Assembly (NCBI GenBank): GCA_036281075.1
Contig: DASUPO010000105.1
Coordinates: 23,385-87,384, forward strand
Length of the DNA stretch: 64,000 nucleotides
Reading direction: 5' to 3'
Source of the DNA: Actinomycetota bacterium
GTDB taxonomy: Bacteria > Actinomycetota > UBA4738 > HRBIN12
Both the position numbers and the translations under genes were made by a program. Below, one piece after another: positions 48,467 through 57,725 of this stretch. A model generated the notes under the pieces. The model worked only from the letters and a program-made list of their open reading frames with translations, was not told where the DNA came from and made no database searches. Each line of letters begins with the position of its first letter. Positions within the stretch are counted from its first letter, which is position 1.

Positions 48467-49741
48467 ATGCCGGCCACGATCGTGCTCGGGACCCAGTGGG
48501 GGGACGAGGGCAAGGGCAAGGCCGTCGACTACCTCGCGGACGGGATGGACCTCGTCGTCCGCTACCAGGGCGGCAACAACGCCGGACACACCGTGATCGC
48601 GGAGGGCCGGCTGTTGAAGCTCCAGCTGGTGCCCTCGGGGATCCTCTACCCGCACCTGATCCCCGTGATCGCGGACGGTGTCGTCGTCGACCCCCGCCAC
48701 CTGCTCCGCGAGCTCGAGGACCTGCGGGCGACGGGCATCGACGTCTCCCGGCTCCGGGTCTCCGGCAACTGCCACCTGATCATGCCGTACCACCTCGAGC
48801 TGGAGAAGGTGACGCAGCGGTTCCTCGGCCGTAACGCGCTGGGCACGACGAAGCGCGGGATCGGGCCGGCGTACGCGGACAAGGCCGCCAGGATCGGCCT
48901 CCGCGTCCAGGACCTGTTCGACCGGAAGATCTTCCGGGAGAAGCTGGAGATCGTGCTGAAGGAGAAGAACGCGATCCTCACGAAGCTGTACGGGCGGCTC
49001 CCGCTGGACGCCGACGCGATCGTGGACGAGTACCTCGACCTCGCCGGCCAGCTCGAGCCGTACGTCGCGGACACGTCCACGCTGCTGCACGAGGCGCTCC
49101 GCGACGGGAAGGCCGTGATGCTCGAGGGGGCGCAGGGGACGCTCCTCGACCTCGACAAGGGGACGTATCCGTTCGTCACGTCCTCGAACCCGGTGGCGGG
49201 GTACGCGCTCGCGTCCGCCGGATTCGGTCCGAAGGAGGTCGACCGGGTGGTCGGGATCGTGAAAGCGTACGTCACGCGCGTCGGCGCGGGGCCGTTCCCC
49301 ACGGAGCTCTTCGACGAGGAGGGCGAGCTGATGGGGAAGCGGGGGAACGAGTTCGGGACCGTGACGGGGCGGCGACGGCGATGCGGCTGGTTCGACGCCG
49401 TCGTCCTTCGCTACGCGGCTCGGGTGAACGGCCTCACCGAGCTGTTCCTGACGAAGCTCGACGTGCTGTCCGGGTTCGAACGGATCCGGATCGCGACCAG
49501 CTACCGCGTCGACGGCCGCGTGTTCCACGACTTCCCACCCCACCAGTCGCTCTTCCACGACGCCGATCCGGTGTACGAAGACCTGGACGGCTGGTGGGAG
49601 GAGATCGACGAGGCGCGCACGTTCGAGGACCTCCCGAAGGCCGCCCGCGACTACGTCCGACGGATCGAGGAGCTCGTGGACGTGCCGATCTCGGTGGTAT
49701 CCGTCGGGCCGGCGCGCGAACAGAGCCTGCCCGTCGTATGA
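48467..49741 (+). CDS. purA: Adenylosuccinate synthase
   Basis: VLGTQWGDEGKGK, GGNNAGHT, TTKRGIGPAY, GTVTGRRRRCGW. Confidence 0.96.
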   Translation: MPATIVLGTQWGDEGKGKAVDYLADGMDLVVRYQGGNNAGHTVIAEGRLLKLQLVPSGILYPHLIPVIADGVVVDPRHLLRELEDLRATGIDVSRLRVSGNCHLIMPYHLELEKVTQRFLGRNALGTTKRGIGPAYADKAARIGLRVQDLFDRKIFREKLEIVLKEKNAILTKLYGRLPLDADAIVDEYLDLAGQLEPYVADTSTLLHEALRDGKAVMLEGAQGTLLDLDKGTYPFVTSSNPVAGYALASAGFGPKEVDRVVGIVKAYVTRVGAGPFPTELFDEEGELMGKRGNEFGTVTGRRRRCGWFDAVVLRYAARVNGLTELFLTKLDVLSGFERIRIATSYRVDGRVFHDFPPHQSLFHDADPVYEDLDGWWEEIDEARTFEDLPKAARDYVRRIEELVDVPISVVSVGPAREQSLPVV

Positions 49742-51033
49742 GGGTCCTCGTCGTCGGCGGCGGCGGCCGGGAGCACGCGCTGTGCTGGGCTCTGGCGCGG
49801 AGCCCGCGGGTGGAGGAGCTGCATGCCGCGCCCGGGAACGCGGGGATCGCCTCGATCGCGACGTGCCACGCCGCCGCCGCCGCCGACGTCGCGGCGCAGG
49901 TCCGGCTCGCGGACGATCTCGACGCCGACCTCGTCGTGGTCGGCCCCGAGGTGCCGCTCGTCGCCGGCCTGGCGGACGAGCTCCGGACGCGGGGTCGGCG
50001 GGCCTTCGGCCCGGGACGCGACGCCGCGCGGCTGGAGGGCTCGAAGGCGTTCGCGAAGGGGCTGATGATCCGGCACGGGATCCCGACGGCGCGTGCCGCG
50101 ACGTTCTCCCGCGCCGACCGGGCGCGGGACCGCCCTGAGGTGGCTGCGTTCGTGGACGATCTCGGGGGCCGCGCGGTCGTGAAGGCCGACGGGCTCGCGG
50201 CCGGGAAGGGCGTGACGATCGCGGCCGACGCCGACGAGGCGGCGGCCGCGATCGGGGCGTGCCTCGAGGGCGGGGCCTTCGGGGAGGCGGGCTCGACCGT
50301 CGTGGTCGAGGAGCTGCTCGACGGCCCGGAGGTCTCGGCGTTCGCGCTCGTGGACGCCGACACGTGGACGCCGCTCGCGCTGGCGCAGGACTTCAAGCGC
50401 CTCGGCGACGGCGGCGCCGGCCCGAACACCGGCGGGATGGGGGCCTATTCGCCGCTCCCGTGGCTCGACGAGGCGGCCGCGGCGCGGATCTGGGACGTCG
50501 TGCACGCGACCGTCCGCGCGCTCCGGCGCGAGCGGATCGCGTACTCGGGGCTCCTGTACACGGGCCTGATGCTGACCGGAGACGGCCCCAAGGTCCTGGA
50601 GTACAACTGCCGGTTCGGCGATCCCGAGACGGAGGTCGTGATCCCGCGGCTCCGGAGCGACCTCGCGGAGGCGCTGGACGCGTGCGCGCGGGGACGGCTC
50701 GCCGACGTGAAGGTCGACCTCTCCGACGAGGCCGCCGTGACCGTCGTGCTGGCGAGCGAGGGGTACCCCGGCGCGCACGGGACCGGTCGCGAGATCGGCG
50801 GCCTCGCGGAGGCGGCCGCGGTGCCGGACTCGGTCGTGTTCCACGCGGGCACGGCCGAGCGCGACGGTAGAGTGGTCACGGCCGGCGGTCGGGTGCTCGC
50901 GGCGACCGGGTGGGGGGAGACGGTGGCCGACGCACGCGCTCGCGCGTACCAGGCGGCCGAGCGCATCTCGTTCGACGGCTTGGTCCGACGCAACGACATC
51001 GCCACCGGCGCGGTCGAGGGGAGGGGGACGTGA
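49738..51033 (+). CDS. purD: Phosphoribosylamine-glycine ligase
   Basis: MRVLVVGGGGREHAL, VVKADGLAAGKGV, GPNTGGMGAYSP, EYNCRFGDPE. ATGA overlap with purA. Confidence 0.95.
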   Translation: MRVLVVGGGGREHALCWALARSPRVEELHAAPGNAGIASIATCHAAAAADVAAQVRLADDLDADLVVVGPEVPLVAGLADELRTRGRRAFGPGRDAARLEGSKAFAKGLMIRHGIPTARAATFSRADRARDRPEVAAFVDDLGGRAVVKADGLAAGKGVTIAADADEAAAAIGACLEGGAFGEAGSTVVVEELLDGPEVSAFALVDADTWTPLALAQDFKRLGDGGAGPNTGGMGAYSPLPWLDEAAAARIWDVVHATVRALRRERIAYSGLLYTGLMLTGDGPKVLEYNCRFGDPETEVVIPRLRSDLAEALDACARGRLADVKVDLSDEAAVTVVLASEGYPGAHGTGREIGGLAEAAAVPDSVVFHAGTAERDGRVVTAGGRVLAATGWGETVADARARAYQAAERISFDGLVRRNDIATGAVEGRGT

Positions 51034-51506
51034 CCGAGGAGACGTCGATCGTGGGGGTGCTCGCCGCCTCGCCCACGGAGCTGCCGATCATGCGGCAGAC
51101 CGGTCTGATCCTCGAGAAGTTCGGGATCCCGCATGAGGTCCAGATCATGTCGTCGTCACGAACGCCCGATCTCGTCGACGAGTACGCGAGGACCGCGGCG
51201 GAGCGCGGGCTCCGCGTCGTCGTGTGCTCGACGGGGATGTCGGGCCACCTCGCCGCCGCCGTCGCCGCGCGGACCGTGATCCCGGTGATCGGCGTGCCGA
51301 TAGCCTCCCCGCCGCAGATGGTCGGCAACGAGGCGCTCGCGATCACCGCGCAGATGCCGACCGGCGTGCCGATCGCCACCGTGGGGGTGGACGCCGCCGT
51401 GAACGCCGCCGTCCTCGCCGCGCAGATCGTCGGCCTGGGCGACGAGACGATCCAGGCGACGCTGTGGAAGTTCAAGGACGACCTCGCGGAGGGACTCAAG
51501 CTGTGA
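51030..51506 (+). CDS. PurE-fold (N5-CAIR mutase-like) protein with non-canonical active-site motifs
   Basis: 158 aa, alignable along its length to PurE (..VIPVIGVPI..AQMPTGVPIATVG..AAVLAAQI). GSxSD is replaced by ASPTE, SAHR by SSSR, and AGGAAHLPG by STGMSGHLAA. GTGA overlaps at both ends. Confidence 0.7.
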   Translation: MTEETSIVGVLAASPTELPIMRQTGLILEKFGIPHEVQIMSSSRTPDLVDEYARTAAERGLRVVVCSTGMSGHLAAAVAARTVIPVIGVPIASPPQMVGNEALAITAQMPTGVPIATVGVDAAVNAAVLAAQIVGLGDETIQATLWKFKDDLAEGLKL

Positions 51507-52813
51507 TCGCCCGCTACCGGCTCCCCGAGATGGAGGCGGTGTGGTCGGAGGAGTCCCGCCTCGCGAACTGGCTGGAGATCGAGCTGTTGGTGGTGGAGGC
51601 GCTCGCGGAGCTCGGGACGGTCCCGCCCCAGGACGCGGCGGCGTGTCGGGCTCGGGCGTCGTTCACCGTGGAGGCCGTCGCCGAGCGCGAGGCGGTGACC
51701 CGCCACGATGTCGCCGCCTTCGTCGACGTCATGGCGCGATCCATCGGCCCCGCGGGCCGATGGATCCACTTCGGTCTCACCTCGTCCGACGTGATCGACA
51801 CGGCTCTCGCGCTCCAGCTGCGCCGTGCCACCGACGTCCTGCTCGGGGAGCTGGAGCGCCTCCTGGCCACGGCGAAGAGGCTCGCGCTCGAGCATCGCGA
51901 CACCGTGATCGCCGGCCGGACGCACGGGGTCGTCGCAGAACCGACGAGCTTCGGCCACAAGGTCGCGGTCTGGGTCTTCGAGCTCGACCGCGATCGGGAC
52001 CGGCTCCGGCGCGCGCGAGAGGCGGTCGCCGTCGGCGCGATCAGCGGCGCCGTCGGGACGTACGCGTCGATCGATCCCCGCGTGGAGGAGCTCGTCTGCG
52101 CGCGGCTCGGCCTGCGGAGCGACGAGGCCTCGACACAGGTGATCCAGCGGGACCGTCACGCCGAGCTCGTCGCCTCGCTCGCCGTGACGGCCTCGACGCT
52201 CGACAAGATCGCCACCGAGATCCGCCACCTCGCGAGGACCGAGGTCCGTGAGGTGCAGGAGCCGTTCGCCCGCGGGCAGAAGGGCTCCTCCGCGATGCCC
52301 CACAAGCGCAACCCGGTCGTCTCGGAACGGATCTCGGGTCTCGCGCGGGTCGTCCGCGGCTACGCGCAGCCGGCCTTCGAGAACGTCGCCCTGTGGCACG
52401 AGCGCGACATCTCGCATTCGTCGGCCGAGCGCGTGCTCCTGCCCGACGCGACCGGCCTGCTCGCGTTCATGCTGCGGGAGCTGACGTGGGTGCTCGACGG
52501 GCTCGAGGTCCACGAGGACCGGATGCGCGAGAACCTCGACGTCGCCGGCGGCGTCGTGTACTCGCAGGGGGTCCTGCTCGCGCTCGTGCGGTCGGGGCTG
52601 GGACGCGACGAGGCGTACCGGATCGTCCAGGCGGCGGCCGCGCGCGCGTGGAACGGCGATGCCGGCTTCCGCGAAGCCGTCGAGGCCGAGCCGACCGTCA
52701 CGGGGCGCCTCGACGCGGGCGCGCTCGACGCCTTGTTCGATCCCGCCCGGTTCCTCGGGGGACTCGGCGGCGTGTTCGAGAAACTCGAGAAGGTGCCGGT
52801 GGAGTCCGAGTGA
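51503..52813 (+). CDS. purB: Adenylosuccinate lyase
   Basis: GLTSSDVIDTA, GRTHG, GSSAMPHKRNP. Confidence 0.95.
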   Translation: MIARYRLPEMEAVWSEESRLANWLEIELLVVEALAELGTVPPQDAAACRARASFTVEAVAEREAVTRHDVAAFVDVMARSIGPAGRWIHFGLTSSDVIDTALALQLRRATDVLLGELERLLATAKRLALEHRDTVIAGRTHGVVAEPTSFGHKVAVWVFELDRDRDRLRRAREAVAVGAISGAVGTYASIDPRVEELVCARLGLRSDEASTQVIQRDRHAELVASLAVTASTLDKIATEIRHLARTEVREVQEPFARGQKGSSAMPHKRNPVVSERISGLARVVRGYAQPAFENVALWHERDISHSSAERVLLPDATGLLAFMLRELTWVLDGLEVHEDRMRENLDVAGGVVYSQGVLLALVRSGLGRDEAYRIVQAAAARAWNGDAGFREAVEAEPTVTGRLDAGALDALFDPARFLGGLGGVFEKLEKVPVESE

Positions 52814-53751
52814 GTCCCTCCCCGCGGCTCCGGGTCCTCGGCAAGGTCCGTGACGTCTACGATCTCGACGACGACCGGCTGCTCCTCGTCGCCACGGATC
52901 GGATCAGTGCCTTCGACGTCGTGCTCCCCGACGCGATCCCGGACAAGGGGCGCGTCCTGACCGGGCTCTCGTCCCGCTGGTTCGACCAGCTGTCCGACCT
53001 CGTCCCGCATCACGTGCTGTCGACCGACGTCGGGGACTTCCCCGCGCCGTTCGCGTCGGAGGTCGCGCTCGCGGGGCGCGCGATGCTCGTGCGCCGGGCT
53101 CGGGTGGTGGCGATGGAGTGCGTGGCGCGCGGCTACCTGTCCGGCTCCGGGTGGGTCCAGTACCGGCGGGCCGGAGCGGTATGCGGCGTGTCCCTGCCAC
53201 CGGGTCTGCGTGAGTCGGACCGGCTGCCCGAACCTGTCTTCACGCCGACCACCAAGGCCGAGCACGGACACGACCTCCCGCTCGATCCGGACGAGGCGGC
53301 CGAGCTCGTCGGCGAGGGGTTGTTCCAGCGGCTCAAGGAGCTCACGCTCGCGATCTACGACCGCCTCGCTGCGACCGCTCTCGCGCGGGGCGTCATCCTC
53401 GCCGACACGAAGCTCGAGTTCGGTTTCGCCGATGGGGAGGTCGTTCTCGTCGACGAGGTCGGCACGCCCGACTCGTCGCGGTTCTGGCCGGCCGATGCCT
53501 ACGCGCCGGGCGGCCCCCAGCCCTCGTTCGACAAGCAGTTCGTGCGAGATCATCTCGACGCGTCCGGCTGGGATCGCGAGCCGCCGCCGCCCTCGCTCCC
53601 CGAGGACGTGATCGCCGGGACGTCGGCCCGCTACCGCGAGGCGTACGAACGCCTCACTGGGGAGCCGTTCGACCGCTACCGGGCCCGGATGGGCGTGACG
53701 ACGCTCGACGACGACGCCGACCTTGCCCGGCTCCGAGAGGTGCGGGGATGA
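52810..53751 (+). CDS. purC: SAICAR synthase
   Basis: GKVRDVY..LLLVATDRISAFD..ADTKLEFG..DEVGTPDSSRFW. Confidence 0.93.
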   Translation: MSPSPRLRVLGKVRDVYDLDDDRLLLVATDRISAFDVVLPDAIPDKGRVLTGLSSRWFDQLSDLVPHHVLSTDVGDFPAPFASEVALAGRAMLVRRARVVAMECVARGYLSGSGWVQYRRAGAVCGVSLPPGLRESDRLPEPVFTPTTKAEHGHDLPLDPDEAAELVGEGLFQRLKELTLAIYDRLAATALARGVILADTKLEFGFADGEVVLVDEVGTPDSSRFWPADAYAPGGPQPSFDKQFVRDHLDASGWDREPPPPSLPEDVIAGTSARYREAYERLTGEPFDRYRARMGVTTLDDDADLARLREVRG

Positions 53752-54017
53752 GGTTCGCGGTCGAGGTCCTCGTCACGCTCAAGCCGGGTCTCGCCGATCC
53801 GCAGGGTCGGGCGGTGGAGAGCGCGCTGCCCGCGCTGGGGTGGACGAACGTCTCCGCCGTTCGCGTGGGCAAGCACGTCCGGCTGGAACTGGAGACGGGA
53901 TCGGAGCGGGACGCCCGCGAGCAGGTCGCGCAGATGAACGACCGGCTGTTGTCGAACCCGGTGATCGAGGACGCCAGGATCCTCGAGGTCCGCGGGATCG
54001 TCGAGGCAGACCGATGA
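53748..54017 (+). CDS. purS: FGAM synthase subunit PurS
   Basis: 89 aa. VTLKPGLADPQGRAVESAL. Confidence 0.9.
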   Translation: MRFAVEVLVTLKPGLADPQGRAVESALPALGWTNVSAVRVGKHVRLELETGSERDAREQVAQMNDRLLSNPVIEDARILEVRGIVEADR

Positions 54018-54718
54018 GCGCCCGGATCGGCGTCGTCACGTTCCCCGGCTCGCTCGACGACCGCGACGCCGTGCGCGCCGTGGAGTTGATGGGCGGCGAG
54101 GGGGTGCCGCTCTGGCACGGTGAGGCCGACCTGCGCGGCGTCGACGGCGTGATCCTGCCGGGCGGGTTCAGCTACGGCGACTACCTCCGGTGCGGCGCGA
54201 TCGCGCGGTTCGCCCCCCTGATGGAGGAGGTCGTCGGGTTCGCGCGGCGCGGCGGGCCGGTCCTCGGGATCTGCAACGGGTTCCAGATCCTCTGCGAGTC
54301 CGGGCTGCTGCCCGGGGCGCTGATCCGGAACCGCTCGCTGCGGTTCGTCTGTCGCGTCGTGCACGTGCGGGTAGAGACCACGCAGAGCCCGATCACGGCC
54401 GACGTCGTCCCCGGCGAGGTCCTGGAGGTCCCGATCAAGCACGGCGAAGGTCAGTTCGTCGCCGCGGAGGACGAGCTCGACCGGCTCGAGACCGAGGGCC
54501 GGGTCGTGTTCCGCTACTGCGGGCCCGACGGCGAGATCGGCGACGCGTACAACCCGAACGGCTCCCAGCGGGGGATCGCCGGGATCGGGAACGAGGGAGG
54601 GAACGTGGTCGGCCTGATGCCGCACCCCGAGCATGCGGTCGACCCCGACGTCGGGCCCACCGGCGGGCAGGCCCTGTTCGCGTCCCTCCTGTCGCAGGTG
54701 TTGGCCGGGGTCCCGTGA
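54014..54718 (+). CDS. purQ: FGAM synthase glutaminase subunit PurQ
   Basis: VVTFPGS, GGFSYGDYLR, GICNGFQIL, MPHPE. Confidence 0.94.
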   Translation: MSARIGVVTFPGSLDDRDAVRAVELMGGEGVPLWHGEADLRGVDGVILPGGFSYGDYLRCGAIARFAPLMEEVVGFARRGGPVLGICNGFQILCESGLLPGALIRNRSLRFVCRVVHVRVETTQSPITADVVPGEVLEVPIKHGEGQFVAAEDELDRLETEGRVVFRYCGPDGEIGDAYNPNGSQRGIAGIGNEGGNVVGLMPHPEHAVDPDVGPTGGQALFASLLSQVLAGVP

Positions 54719-56919
54719 GCGCGGCGCCCGTCCCCGAGCCACTGCATCGGCAGCTCGGGCTGCGCGACGACGAGCTCGACCTGATCCGCGAGTCGATCGA
54801 GCGCGGACCGAACGCAACGGAGCTCGCGATGTATGCCGTGATGTGGTCCGAGCACTGTTCCTACAAGTCGTCGAAGGTCCATCTTCGGACGCTCCCGACC
54901 GAGGGGGACGCGATCATCGTCGGACCGGGTCAGGACGCGGGCGCCGTGGACCTCGGCGACGGGGTCGCCGCGGTCTTCAAGATGGAGTCCCACTCCCATC
55001 CGAGCGCGATCGAGCCCTACCAGGGGGCGGCCACCGGCGTCGGCGGCATCGTCCGCGACATCGTCTCGATGGGCGCCCGCCCGGTGGCGCTGCTCGACCC
55101 GCTGATGTTCGGACCGCTGGACCAGGAGCGGAACCGATGGCTCCTCGAGGGGGTGGTCGCGGGGATCGGCGGCTACGGGAACTGCATCGGCGTCCCGACG
55201 GTCGGCGGCGAGGTCCGCTTCGCCGATCCGCACTCCGCGAACCCGACCGTGAACGTGCTGTGCGTCGGCTTCGCGCCGGCGGATCGACTGATCACGGCGA
55301 CGACGCACCGACCCGGCGCCGGCTCCCTGATGGTGCTGTACGGGGCCACGACCGGGCGGGACGGGATCGGCGGTGTCTCCGTCCTCGCGTCCGCGAGCCT
55401 GGACGAGGGCGGGGGAGGGTCCCGGCCGTCGGTGCAGATCGGCGACCCGTTCGCGGAGAAGCTCCTGATCGAGGCCTCCCTCGAGCTGGTCGGGGCGGGT
55501 CTGCTCGAAGGGCTGCAGGACCTGGGCGGCGCGGGCCTCACGTGCGCGGTGAGCGAGTCGGCGGCGCGCGCGGGTCTGGGCGCGGTGGTGGAGCTCGACG
55601 AGGTCCCGCTCCGCGAGCCCGAGATGGAGGCGTTCGAGATCCTCACCTCGGAGTCCCAGGAGCGGATGCTCGCGATCGTCTCGCCGGCGAACCTGGAGCG
55701 GGTCCGCGCCGTCTGCGCGAAGTGGGGCCTCGGCATCGCCGTCGTCGCGACCCTGGAGCCGGGCGGCGAGCTCGACGTCCGGAAGGCGGGGGCCACGGTG
55801 GCCCGAGTCCCGGCGCTGTCGCTCACGGAGAAGGCCCCCGAGTACCAGCGGGCCATGCGCCCGGTCGCGTCCGATCAGGACGATCCGACGTTCGTGACGT
55901 TCGACGGCGACCTGGGCGATGCCCTCGTGTCCCTCCTCGCGGCGCCGAACGTCGCGTCGAAGCGGTGGGTGTTCGAGCAGTACGACCGGATGGTGCAGGG
56001 GCAGACCGTCGCCGGCCCCGGGTCCGACGCGGCGGTGGTGCGCGTGCCGGGGACGATGAAGGGCGTCGCGCTGTCCGTGGACGGCAACGGCCGGTACGGA
56101 TCGCTCGATCCGTACCTGGGCGGCGCCCACGCGGTTGCCGAGGCCGCGCGGAACGTCGCCGTGTCGGGCGCCACACCCCTCGCGATCACGAACTGCCTCA
56201 ACTTCGGGAACCCCGAGCGGCCGGAGGTGATGTGGCAGTTCGCCGAGGCGGTGCGAGGCATGGGGGACGCTTGCCTGGCCCTGGGGACGCCGGTCACCGG
56301 CGGCAACGTGAGCTTCTACAACGAGGCCGAGGGCTCGTCGATCTGGCCGACGCCGGTCGTCGGCGTGCTGGGGACGCTCGCGGACCACCGCCTCCGACTC
56401 CCGTCCGGGTTCCCGGGGCCGGGCCTCGCGGTGTACCTGCTGGGCGAGTCGTTCGCGGAGCTGGGAGGGTCGGAGTTCGCGGAGACTCTGCTCGGCACGG
56501 TCTCCGGTACCCCGCCGGCCCTCGACCTCCAGGTCGAGCGCCGGCTCCAGGACCTGCTCCAGGAGGCCGCCGCCGGCGACCTCCTGGCCTCGGCCCACGA
56601 CTGCTCCGACGGCGGCATCGCCGTCTGCCTGGCGGAGTGCGCGATCCTCGGGGGCCACGGCTTCGCCGTCACGCTCGCGGGCGACATGCCCGCGCACGTC
56701 TTGCTGTTCGGCGAGTCCGCGTCGCGCGTGGTGGTCGCGGTGTCGCCCGAGCGGGAGGGATCGCTGCGCGGCCTCGCCGCGACGCGAGGCGTGCCCTTCG
56801 CGCGCCTCGGGGAGACGGGGGGCCCGCGCGCCGTGATCGACGGCATGATCGACGCGCCGGTGGCGGAGCTCACGGACGTCTGGGAGCAGGCGATCCCGCG
56901 ACTCTTGGGCGAGGCGTAA
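54715..56919 (+). CDS. purL: FGAM synthase subunit PurL
   Basis: MWSEHCSYKSS, ESHSHPSAIEPYQGAATGVGGI.RD, GDPF. Confidence 0.95.
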   Translation: MSAAPVPEPLHRQLGLRDDELDLIRESIERGPNATELAMYAVMWSEHCSYKSSKVHLRTLPTEGDAIIVGPGQDAGAVDLGDGVAAVFKMESHSHPSAIEPYQGAATGVGGIVRDIVSMGARPVALLDPLMFGPLDQERNRWLLEGVVAGIGGYGNCIGVPTVGGEVRFADPHSANPTVNVLCVGFAPADRLITATTHRPGAGSLMVLYGATTGRDGIGGVSVLASASLDEGGGGSRPSVQIGDPFAEKLLIEASLELVGAGLLEGLQDLGGAGLTCAVSESAARAGLGAVVELDEVPLREPEMEAFEILTSESQERMLAIVSPANLERVRAVCAKWGLGIAVVATLEPGGELDVRKAGATVARVPALSLTEKAPEYQRAMRPVASDQDDPTFVTFDGDLGDALVSLLAAPNVASKRWVFEQYDRMVQGQTVAGPGSDAAVVRVPGTMKGVALSVDGNGRYGSLDPYLGGAHAVAEAARNVAVSGATPLAITNCLNFGNPERPEVMWQFAEAVRGMGDACLALGTPVTGGNVSFYNEAEGSSIWPTPVVGVLGTLADHRLRLPSGFPGPGLAVYLLGESFAELGGSEFAETLLGTVSGTPPALDLQVERRLQDLLQEAAAGDLLASAHDCSDGGIAVCLAECAILGGHGFAVTLAGDMPAHVLLFGESASRVVVAVSPEREGSLRGLAATRGVPFARLGETGGPRAVIDGMIDAPVAELTDVWEQAIPRLLGEA

Positions 56920-56939
56920 GGAGCGGGCCGGCGAGCCCG

Positions 56940-57155
56940 TCAGTGGCCGCAGCCGCAGGCGCCGCCGCCGCAGCAGCCGCCGACGGAGCCGACGTCCGCG
57001 GCTCCGGTCGCCGCCGAGAACGAGAACCGCCGACGCACCCGGTCGGCACCGCACGACGGACAGGCGAGGGCCGTCGCGACGGGCGCGACGTTCATCGGCC
57101 GCTGATCCTCGAAGAGGTGCTCGCAGGCCAGGCACACGTACTCGTAGGTCGCCAT
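56940..57155 (-). CDS. FmdB-family zinc-ribbon protein
   Basis: 71 aa. MATYEYVCLACEHLFE..CPSCG.., with a C/G-rich tail GGCCGGGACGCGH. It is the C-terminal end of the 496-aa track ORF. Confidence 0.8.
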   Translation of the reverse strand: MATYEYVCLACEHLFEDQRPMNVAPVATALACPSCGADRVRRRFSFSAATGAADVGSVGGCCGGGACGCGH

Positions 57156-57260
57156 CGCCGGCAACGGTACGCGTCGCGACGGGCTCCAGGCAACCGTGTG
57201 GTCCCATCTCACGGATCCCGGGCCGGGAGCGTTGTTCCGGGTGTGGTTGCATCTCGGGTC

Positions 57261-57725
57261 GTGGTCCTCCCGCCGTTCAGCGAGTTCCTGGCGACGCACC
57301 GAGAGACCGTCTACCGGTTCCTCACGGCCGCCGTGGGCGCCGACGCAGCCGACGACTGCTTCCAGGACACGTTCCTGGCGGCGCTCCGGGCCTACCCGGA
57401 GCTCACGGACGCGTCGAAGCTCGATCGCTGGATCCTGCGGATCGCCTCCCGGAAGGCGATCGACCACCATCGCGCCGCGGGCCGCCGGGCGATCCCGTCC
57501 GACGAGCTGCCGGAGCGTCCGTCGACGGACACACGACCGGGCCTGGACGGCGACCTCGGCGCCGCGGTCGACAGCCTGCCGCCGAAGCAGCGGCTCGCGG
57601 TGGTGCACCGGCACGTCCTGGACCGGAGTTACGCGGACGTGGCGGAGGCCATGGGGATCTCCGAGGAAGCTGCCCGGGCGAACGTGTCGCAGGGCGTGAA
57701 GAGGCTGCGGGAGCTGATGACATGA
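57261..57725 (+). CDS. ECF-type RNA polymerase sigma factor
   Basis: Region 2 (VYRFL..DCFQDTFLAAL..RWILRIASRKAIDHHR) and region 4 (LPPKQRLAVVHRHVLDRSYADVAEAMGISEEAARANVSQGVKRLRE). GTG 57261 chosen. Confidence 0.8.
   Translation: MVLPPFSEFLATHRETVYRFLTAAVGADAADDCFQDTFLAALRAYPELTDASKLDRWILRIASRKAIDHHRAAGRRAIPSDELPERPSTDTRPGLDGDLGAAVDSLPPKQRLAVVHRHVLDRSYADVAEAMGISEEAARANVSQGVKRLRELMT

Noticed and set aside
56921-56940. Short hairpin GCGGGC-N6-GCCCGT between the convergent purL and the FmdB gene as a bidirectional terminator.
   Set aside because: The stem is only 5-6 bp including a wobble pair, with no flanking T/A runs. The evidence is insufficient.
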